The position numbers were made by a program, and so were the translations under genes. The notes beneath the pieces were generated by a model, which worked only from the letters and a program-made list of their open reading frames with translations, was not told where the DNA came from and did no database searches. Source: Selaginella moellendorffii (lineage: Eukaryota; Plantae; Lycopodiophyta). From it: a stretch of 11,272 bases of DNA. The DNA lies in contig NW_003314575.1 of NCBI RefSeq assembly GCF_000143415.4, positions 1 to 11,272 of the forward strand, written 5' to 3'. Of the stretch, positions 1-7,430 are shown piece by piece; position 1 is the stretch's first letter; the number at the start of each line of letters is the position of its first letter.

Positions 1-352
1 ATGCACAAGCTCGACGATTCATCTTCATATTGGTCTCGAAGAAAATGGTGTACTGTGTCCATGTGCTTCGTTCTTGACTTGATCTTGCAATTCTTGCTTA
101 AGGCAATGCAGCCTTGATTGTCAAAATAGATCGCTGTTGAACCTGGAAGAGAGTGTTCCAAGTCTGATAGAAGACGTTGAAGCCTGCAAGCAGCACTAGC
201 GGCCATATACTCAGCTTTGCAACTAGAGCAAGTCACAACACTCTGTTTCTTGCTGCTCCAAGAAAGAGCTGCTTGTTGCAAGCTAAAAAAATAGCCTGTC
301 TGTGATCTTCGTGAATCTGGGCAACCAGTCTAGTCCGAATCACAGTAGCCTT
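1..352 (-). pseudogene. Copia RNase HI domain remnant
   Basis: My translation reads GYCDSD*TGCPDSRRSQTGYFF...LSWSSKKQSVV..SS.KAEYMAA...YFDNQGCIAL.KN...SRTKHMD..HHFLRD. A TAG at 330-332 replaces the conserved Trp of DSDWAG. Confidence 0.9.
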
Positions 353-394
353 GTGAATTTTTGGCATGTAAAGTAAGCCAAAAGAAGTGGTAGC

Positions 395-1187
395 TTACCG
401 AAAAATTCTTTTTACTGCTTGCCAATGTGTAGGGCCTGGATTGTCAAGAAACCTGCTTACCATGTTCACTGAGAAGGCAATGTCTGATCGTGTGCACACC
501 ACCGGGTACATCAAGCTTCCCACGGCACGTCGGTAAGGAGCGTTCGCCATTTTCCTCCTATCCAAATCTGTAGAAGGAGACGTATCCTTGGAAAGTCTTA
601 AAGTCTTAAGCCAGCAACCATTGGCGTGGGTGCAGGCGCACAAGAGTCCATGGCGAATCATTGCAGGACATCTTCTTTGATGCAGAAAGCGGCAGCCATC
701 TTGTCTGCGATCAATCTGGATGCCAAGGCAGTAACAAGCTTCACCAAGGTCCTTCAAGAGAATGTCTCCTGGGACCTTGTAGCCTCATCAAGCTCTCCAT
801 TCAGGAAAGCCATCATGACATCCATCTGGTGTGCATAGCTGCTAAAGCGAGCAAGGTGCAAATGGTAGTCAGCTTGACCACCGGGCCAAACGTCTCAGTG
901 TAATCCACACCAGCCACTTGAGAGTAGCCTTTCGCCACCAAGCGAGCCTTGTGGCGAGAAATGGTGTGGTCTGGGTTGAGCTTGATACTAGGAATCCACA
1001 TGGATTTCACTAGTTTACGCCCGGCCGGAGCTCTTTCCACCAAGGAGAAGGTGTTGTTCTTGAGAAAGGAGTTATACTCCTCATCAAAGGCTGCAACCCA
1101 TTTGTCTTTGTTAGGAGAGGCAAGAGCATCGACATAGGTGCGAGAAACTTCCGGAATGTCCACTCCAGCAAGCAATGTCTCAACCAA
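395..1187 (-). pseudogene. Copia reverse transcriptase (RVT_2-type) remnant, frameshifted and lacking the YVDD core
   Basis: ORFs 813-1187 and 395-757 carry the N- and C-terminal RT_2 motifs. HQMDVMMAFLNGELDE lies in a different frame at ~832-784, and frameshifts occur near 835 and 760. Confidence 0.9.
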
Positions 1188-1208
1188 GCCTTCAGAAATG
1201 TCTTGAAC

Positions 1209-1220
1209 GCTCCGATACCA
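1209..1220 (-). promoter_or_regulatory. Primer-binding site complementary to the 3' end of initiator tRNA-Met
   Basis: TGGTATCGGAGC, 11/12 identical to the canonical plant PBS TGGTATCAGAGC, immediately after the LTR-terminal CA. Confidence 0.85.
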
Positions 1221-1990
1221 TGTTGTGTTTGACCATTGAATGAATTTCTATCCATGAGATTTTGGTCAAACCAAAAACGCTGGCATCCGAACTGGCACTT
1301 GTGTCTGTCCGTACTTCATACGGCTTGCCACCGTAACATTGACCACGCAGATGAGACATTGATAAACGCCTCGGTGACAACCAGGCTTAGGAAGCCACTG
1401 TGACGATCAATGGGCAGACTGTGAAAGGTGAGGTTGTTTCCCTGTTTCCCAGGAAGCCTTGGGTGGCTGCTGTTGAGCTCTTCGAACCGGTAAGCTACTG
1501 CTTCAATATCCTGATTCATCCTGATCGGGTGTTTTTCTGATTCAGTTGGAACTACCTCCTAAGGTGCCTTGGTCTGCCTCGAAATGAAGAGGTGGTTTTT
1601 GTGCGGCGGGCTGGGGAAGTTGAACTCCCTGCAATCCTCAAGAAGCACTACTTACCAGATGAAGTGGCTGGCATCGTCACTGGTGTCCAAATGGGTGATG
1701 TTATCGTTGAATGGGATTCACATTCAAGGAGCATGAGGCTGAGTGGGATTGTTGTCAAGACGGAGAAAGATGGTTCTGTGGTGGGGCTGCCCGTGGATGA
1801 CGCCACGCTATACTGTCTTGAGGCGGACAAGAAGAGCTGGTACCGAACAAAATACCCAGGGCGACTCTTGGCAGTGGGGAAGTATGGGTAGTTGGAATGG
1901 TATGTGGCTGGTTTACGGTGGTTTGATTGTTTAAGTGAAGAGCTGCTTTTGCTAAAGTTGTCTCTTTTCAAACTTTAAAACGCTCTAACA
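1221..1990 (-). repeat. Putative 5' LTR (~770 bp)
   Basis: The minus strand begins TGTTAG at 1990 and ends CACAACA at 1221 (TGTT...AACA terminal inverted repeat), directly followed by a PBS. The 1221 end is well supported by the PBS. The 1990 end rests only on the TGTTAG motif because the second LTR is outside the window. Confidence 0.7.
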
Positions 1991-2093
1991 CTACCTCGAG
2001 TCTCGATGGAAATCACAAGCACTGACATGGTACAAGAGCAAATGGATGGCGGAGATTATCTCATGAAAACCATCAACGACGACAAAACCACGT

Positions 2094-3098
2094 CTAGGTG
2101 ATCATTGCAAATACCTTTGCTGAGTTTGTTAGACTCCCGTTATCGGCATAAGCTGCGAGCAGTGAGTTCCAGGATCCCACATTACGGTAGGCTATTGCGT
2201 CGAACGCCTGCATGGCTGCCTCAAGGTGGCAGCTTTTGGAGTAAACGGTCAAGACTGCATTGCAGGAAACCGCGAAGAACACCTGCATGGCTGCCTCGAG
2301 ATGGAACTGCTGGCCGTAGGCCGAGCTCAAGGCCGACCAGGCCACCCTGTTCCAGTCAGGCATCCTGTCAAACAGGCACTTAGCATCTTCCGGATGCCCA
2401 CGCTGGGCATACGCGTTAGTTACCATAGTGCTCCAGCACACGATGTCTCGCGGGAGAGGAATCAAATACTTTTTGCGCTCCTTGCAAGTCCCCAACCTCG
2501 CCAAAAGCTTCATCATTGCCGTGAAAAAAACCACGTCCATCTCTGGCATAGATTAAAAGCATGTTTGAGCCTCAGCACAATGCCCCGCTACAACATTTCC
2601 AGCTACGTTGAAACATCTCGGTAAGGCATTTACAAAAACAATTTACGAGCCTCTTGAACAATGTGTACGCTTGTAAAAGTGTATTCCAGACGCTACGTAC
2701 GGACATCATATTAAACAAGGCCGTTGAAAATTAAAAATGCCCTTCTTGGGCATTTGCGAAAAGAGGAGTAGTCCACGAAACGACGTCCCTCTCCGGCATC
2801 TTTTGAAACACCACCATAGCTTCACGAAGGTTACCGAGCCGGAAATGCCCACACAGGATTGTACAATGTCCTTGTCTGTCGAAGGCATCCTGTCAAACAC
2901 CTCTCTTGCTTCCCGCAAGCTCCCATTGTCATAAACATTGGGATGCTTGATGGCCTCAAAAGCCTCGCGTGCAAGCTCCAAGTTTCCAAGCTTCCCATAC
3001 CTGTGAATCAGCAAGTTGGAGCGATATCTCGCCCTTGAACCGTCGAGATCGGGGCAGGAGCAGCAGGGCGATCCAGTTCTTAGAGGCAGAGCAACCAT
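2094..3098 (-). pseudogene. PLS-class PPR pseudogene (S-motif type), fragmented by frameshifts and deletions; boundaries approximate
   Basis: PPR motif pieces in several frames: SNLLIHRYGKLGNLELAREAFEAIKHPNVY, NGSLREAREVFDRMP, DVVSWTT, AYAQRGHPEDAKCLFDRMPDWNRVAWSALSSAYGQ, RNVGSWNSLLAAYADNGSL. Several motifs lack helix segments and no continuous ORF exists. Confidence 0.85.
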
Positions 3099-3102
3099 CG
3101 CC

Positions 3103-5313
3103 TCATCGCAAACTCTCAGCCGACCTTCTTCTCCTCTTCGAGATGTTTATACTTTTCCTGGGCACTCCATTTTTCATCGCATACATGTTCGCAAGGAGGA
3201 CATAGGCGGCTGAATCTTCGTTTTGGCCACCCAAGAGAGCCTTAGCTGCGTGAGCACCATGTTCCAAATTGCTGTAGCTCGTCGATGCACCCAGCAAACA
3301 TCGCCAGTCCATCACCTCCGCCTCGAATGGCATGCTCGCGATAAGCTCCTCCGCCTCCCTCAGATGCCCGGCCCTGCTCAAGAGATCGATCATACATCGG
3401 TACTGGAGCTTGTTTGCAACGATCCCATAATCGACCACCATCTCCGCGAAGCAACGCAAGCCATCCCAAACCTTTCCAGTGCGTCCACACACGAGAAGAA
3501 CCAAGGTGAAGCAACGATCGTCCGGTCTCTCCTCTTCAACCTTGATCGCACCATAAAGATCCAGCGCGTTTTGAAAATGCCCGTTATGCGCATAAGCCGA
3601 AATCATGGCGTTCCAGGCAATTGGATCTTTATCTGGCATTTGATCAAATATTTTCTTGGACGCCGTGACACGACCACTTTGCCCGTAACTTGTTAGCATG
3701 GTGGTTACTGCAACCAAGCCCTGCACAGGCATTGTATCAAACAGAAACTTCGTATGTTCCAGATGCCCGCTTTGGGCATTTGCTGAGAGGATTGAGTTCC
3801 AGGAAATAACATCGCGTTCCGGCATCCAGTCAAAGATATGCCAAGCCTCATCAAGATGCCCGTTACGGGCATAGGTGCTCAGCATCGCATTCCAGCTCAC
3901 ATTGTTCCTCTGCGGCATCCCCTCAAAGATCACCCGCGACTCGAGGATGTGGCCGCTCTCGCCGAGCGCGGTGAGCATCGCGTTCTCGGACACGAGATTG
4001 AGCTCCGGCATCCGGTGAAAGATCCGCCTCGCCTCGTCCACCGAGCCCTCCTCGGCGTGCATCGCCAGCATGATGTTGCACGAGACGAGGTTCGACTCGG
4101 GCAGATCAAGAAAGAGCTTCTTGGCGGCGTGGGCGTGGCCGTTCTGGGCGTAGGCGCCCAGCATCGCGTTCCAGCAGGTGAGATCGCGCTCGGGCATGCG
4201 ATCAAACACCGTCCTCGCGTGATGGATCATGCCGCGATGGGCGTACTCGCAGAGCACGGCCGTGGAGGAGATGAGATCCCATTCGGGCATGGCGGAGAAG
4301 AGCGCCACGGCCTCGTCCCAGTGGCCATTGTGAGCGTAGGCCCCGAGCATAGCGTTCCAGGAGACGTGATCGCGCTGCGGCATGGAATCAAACAAGCGCT
4401 TGGATTCCTCGAGCTCCCCGTTCTTGGAGGCCGACGAGAGCATCACGTTCCACGCAATCCTGTCCCTCGCCGGCATCGAGTGGAAGATCACTAGCGCTTT
4501 CTCAAGATGCCCAGCACGGGCAAACATGGCGAGCATTGCGGTCCAGGAGACAAGATCGCGCTGCGGCATCGCGTCGAACAAAGACTTGGAGTCTCGTAGC
4601 TCTCCGTGGTGCGTGCTCGCAGTCAAGACTGCGTTCCAGGAGACGAGGTTGCGATCAGGCATGGAGTAGAAGATCTCTTTGGCATTCGCAAGATGCCCGT
4701 TAGCGGCAAGTGCTGTAACCATTGTGTTCCACACGAAGAGATCGTGCTCCGGCATGCGATCAAAACACTTTCGTGCTTCGGAAAACTGCCCAGATTGACA
4801 GTACGCAGCTAGCATGGCAGTCCACGAAATAATGTTCCTCTGCGGCATAGCATCAAAGATCGTTTTCGCTTCTGCAAAGTGCCCGTGCTTGGCATATGCT
4901 GCAAAGATGGCGGTCCACGAGACATACGTCCACTCCGGCATTCTATCGAACACCTCCTTGGCCTCGCGAAGCCGAGAATTCTTCGTAAACACGCCCAGCA
5001 TCGCGTTCCACGACACTGGGCACCGATCCGGCATCGCATCGAACAGCTGCTTGGCCTCTTCCACTTGCCCGGTCTTGGAGTATGCTGAGAGGATGATCAC
5101 CCACGAGAAGGAGTTCCTGTCCTCGCCCATGCGCTCGAACACCTCCCGCGCCCTCCTGGTGCTGCCGAGCCGCCCATACATCTCGATCAGCTTGTTGGCC
5201 ACGAAGGCATCCGCGGCGAGGAATTTGTTGCCGAGGATCTGGGCGTGGAGCTCCTCGCCCTCGCCCAGGCTCTTGCAGGATTCCATGCGCTCCAGGCATT
5301 TGGATTGATACAT
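3103..5313 (-). CDS. PLS-class (E-subgroup) pentatricopeptide repeat protein, 736 aa; probable organellar RNA-editing specificity factor
   Basis: Uninterrupted ORF with a partial L motif, 17 tandem S/SS motifs, P2 (DPIAWNAMISAYAHNG), L2, S2 (YRCMIDLLSRAGHLREAEELIASMPF), E1 (WRCLLGAS) and the start of E2 (AAYVLLANMYA). There is no DYW domain. The true start may lie in an upstream exon. Confidence 0.93.
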   Translation of the reverse strand: MYQSKCLERMESCKSLGEGEELHAQILGNKFLAADAFVANKLIEMYGRLGSTRRAREVFERMGEDRNSFSWVIILSAYSKTGQVEEAKQLFDAMPDRCPVSWNAMLGVFTKNSRLREAKEVFDRMPEWTYVSWTAIFAAYAKHGHFAEAKTIFDAMPQRNIISWTAMLAAYCQSGQFSEARKCFDRMPEHDLFVWNTMVTALAANGHLANAKEIFYSMPDRNLVSWNAVLTASTHHGELRDSKSLFDAMPQRDLVSWTAMLAMFARAGHLEKALVIFHSMPARDRIAWNVMLSSASKNGELEESKRLFDSMPQRDHVSWNAMLGAYAHNGHWDEAVALFSAMPEWDLISSTAVLCEYAHRGMIHHARTVFDRMPERDLTCWNAMLGAYAQNGHAHAAKKLFLDLPESNLVSCNIMLAMHAEEGSVDEARRIFHRMPELNLVSENAMLTALGESGHILESRVIFEGMPQRNNVSWNAMLSTYARNGHLDEAWHIFDWMPERDVISWNSILSANAQSGHLEHTKFLFDTMPVQGLVAVTTMLTSYGQSGRVTASKKIFDQMPDKDPIAWNAMISAYAHNGHFQNALDLYGAIKVEEERPDDRCFTLVLLVCGRTGKVWDGLRCFAEMVVDYGIVANKLQYRCMIDLLSRAGHLREAEELIASMPFEAEVMDWRCLLGASTSYSNLEHGAHAAKALLGGQNEDSAAYVLLANMYAMKNGVPRKSINISKRRRRSAESLR
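3628..5211 (-). repeat. Array of 17 PPR S/SS motifs (one of 32 aa and sixteen of 31 aa; 93-bp period)
   Basis: Consensus [DN]xVSW[NT]AMLxAYAxxGHxxEAxxxFDxMPxR repeated without P or L interruptions, aa 35-562. Confidence 0.9.
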
Positions 5314-5371
5314 TCTATCATAGTAGAGATTAAGATCTTGTAGAGCAGCGGGTGAGAGAAGAAATTTTCAC

Positions 5372-5390
5372 CTCAGCTCAGCTCAGCTCA
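5372..5390 (+). repeat. (CTCAG)3.8 pentanucleotide repeat next to an A-run
   Basis: ctcagctcagctcagctca read directly. Confidence 0.8.
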
Positions 5391-5455
5391 AACAAAAAAA
5401 AACAGGGGATATAAGCTCTATCTCTCGATCGATCAATCGAGAGCTTTGGGATCGA

Positions 5456-6428
5456 TCAGTAGTACTGCGAGGCGGTGTTGCCAGTGTAAGTTCTCCCGAA
5501 TTGCCAGTCCCCGGGCGCGACATTGTAGGCGGTGACGGTCCTGCCATCGCTGGTGGTGACGCGGAAGGAGAGCGCCTGGCCATTGAGATTGCTTCCCTCC
5601 TCCCAGTTCTGGCCCCAGTTCCGGCTCATGGATCGCCAGCCGCTGCTAGATCCCTTGATCGACACGCCCACGACGTCGCCCATGCCGCCCACGTTCGTGA
5701 CGAGCACCAGATTGAAGTAAGTGTGGCCATTGATCGTGAAGCGAATCCCTCCCTGCCGCTGGCACTTGACCCTGGATCGATGGAGCATTGGATCAGAATC
5801 CATCCGATCAAACCAAGATCGCTCCTGCAAGCGATCGAGGAAGAAAGTTGGTTTACCTTCGGTACTGGATCTGGGCGTGGCCGTTGGGGATCCTGGCGAT
5901 GCGAGAAAATGCCGGCTGCGAGAGATCAAAGTGGGGCTTGGGCGGATCACACCAGCCGCCATTGCTCCCCGGTGGGCAGAGATTGGTGGCGGTGACGACG
6001 ACGGAGGGATTTCCCGGGAGGCACGCTGGATCGCCCCAGCACCGGACTTGGTAGCAGGCTCCACACACATTGCCCCCGCGGAAGAGAGGGGTGCTTAGAG
6101 CAGTGGTGATGGTTCCATAGCCGGCGCTCAGCTGGTTTCCATAGCCGCAAGCTCCATCTGCAAAACCAGATTTTGTCGAGAGGGAGTATATAAGCTCGTG
6201 AATAAGATCAAGATCAAGGAGTGGAGAGAATTGGATCGTACTGTTTGTCCCAGATGCGTCGCTCCCACCGTAGTAAGTCGCGTGGGCTCCCCATTGCCAT
6301 GATCCTTGGCTCCCGCCTCTGCCATATTTGTGGTGGCCACCCGGCTTCTTGGCATCGGCATTTGCAAGGAGTGCTGTAGAAACCAGGAAGAAGATCGAGA
6401 GAGCAGTGAGCAGCGGCTTGGAGTCCAT
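5456..6428 (-). CDS. EXPA: Alpha-expansin, 267 aa; exons 6428-6242, 6157-5857 and 5771-5456
   Basis: Signal peptide ([26 protein letters not shown]), [120 protein letters not shown] introns at 6241-6158 (84 nt, phase 1) and 5856-5772 (85 nt, phase 2) lie at the usual EXPA positions. Exon lengths sum to 804 nt. Confidence 0.96.
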
Positions 6429-6670
6429 GATCCTGTGCCTGCATCCACGAAGCACAGGACTTATAAACAACGTGATCTCGTGTAGAATCGAAGCAGCAGT
6501 TGGTCAAGATTGTACAAGATTTATGAGCTGCAAGCCCACAATATTCTCGGAGAAAGCTCCACTAGTGGAGTCACGGGAGGAGAAGAAAAAAGAGAAGAAG
6601 TCTCACCGCAAAACTGACTCCCTCGCAATCTTCCTGTGCTCGTCTGGTCGTCACACTACGAACTTGAGAC

Positions 6671-6680
6671 TTTTTTATAA
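6671..6680 (-). promoter_or_regulatory. Candidate TATA box of the expansin gene
   Basis: Minus-strand TTATAAAAAA about 250 bp upstream of the ATG, followed by a pyrimidine-rich leader. A second TTTATAA at ~6461-6467 is an alternative. Confidence 0.35.
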
Positions 6681-7430
6681 CCCATGATCCACTGGAGACA
6701 ATCCCACTAGTAGCAAAAACAAAAATTATGATCGCAACTTCTCGACGTGCCAGAGACCTTTAGCAATTCACGTCTCTTGGTAAATACTCTAGAAACATTG
6801 AGATGAAAAAGAAAGAGTTTTGGTTTGAATGCAGGTGTTACGCACACTTCGCTTTGAATCTTTTCTTGAATTACGCTTTCTCCCGGAAAGCTGGTGCGTT
6901 CATCATTCCAGTGTTGCAGCTCAGTTCACACACTCACTGATCTCGTGAGAAGCAAGCAAAAAGTCTAGTGCTTTGTTTCGCTAGTTGCCGGGTCACTGTT
7001 CCTTCGGTGTTCGTATTGTGGCCAACAAAAGAAGCGTTTGCTACTTGTAGTATACTTGGGCCTCAAGATATGGGGAACAATGGGGATAGATTTTGGAATC
7101 TCTGATCCAGTGCTTGGATCCCAAGTCAAGACGGTTGGTAGTTGCTGGATTGATTTATTCCGCCGCTTATAAGTTTTTGATCATGATTCGTGTCTGCCGG
7201 CGGACCCCCCTTTTGACAAACACATCGTGAAACATGGCCCCTATGTTGAGCAATTTCAAATCCTCTTTTACCTTTTTCTGGTCTTTGTACCTTTGTGATG
7301 GTAGAATTCTCGAATACAATTTGATCACAATGTTATCTGGGTCGAAAAAGATGGGCTGCAGACCTAGTGGCCACGCACCAACAGTGATCCTCTCAAGCAT
7401 CTTATTTGGGGGATGGAGTAAAGAGATTCG

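Larger units (their letters stand above)
1..1990 (-). mobile_element. Degenerate, internally deleted Ty1/copia LTR retrotransposon (5' LTR - PBS - RT remnant - RNase H; continues off the left edge)
   Basis: Minus-strand copia pol motifs: TYVDAL..W..AFDEE..S..KNNTF, HKARLVAKGYSQVAGVDYTETFGPVVKL, HQMDV..AFLNGELDE, KDLGEA.Y.LGI, YRRAVGSLMY....TRSDIAFSV..VSRFL.NPG..HW.AVKRIFR, then RNase H. An LTR with TG...CA ends and a PBS lie upstream. Confidence 0.9.

Noticed and set aside
1592-1891. 99-aa plus-strand ORF (and ORFs 1648-1971, 1316-1519, 1192-1380) as a gene
   Set aside because: These lie within or overlap the predicted LTR. The 99-aa ORF starts at GTG and I recognise no domain in any of them.
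3838-4494. 218-aa antisense ORF and the other antisense or alternate-frame ORFs across 3223-5308
   Set aside because: Shadows of the GC-rich, repetitive PPR coding strand. Their periodicity simply mirrors the PPR motifs.
3628-5211. 93-bp periodic array as a CRISPR-like or non-coding repeat
   Set aside because: The units are protein-coding PPR motifs with degenerate codons. There is no repeat-spacer structure and the context is eukaryotic.
5456-6470. ORFs 5456-6070 and 5853-6470 as two separate proteins, or a start at 6470
   Set aside because: They are exons of one expansin in different frames joined by GT-AG introns. The ATG at 6428 gives a proper signal peptide.
6705-6720. CACTAGTAGCAAAAAC (and CACTACAACA at ~8477) as CACTA terminal inverted repeats
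   Set aside because: No matching inverted TAGTG end with a 3-bp target-site duplication was found in the window.
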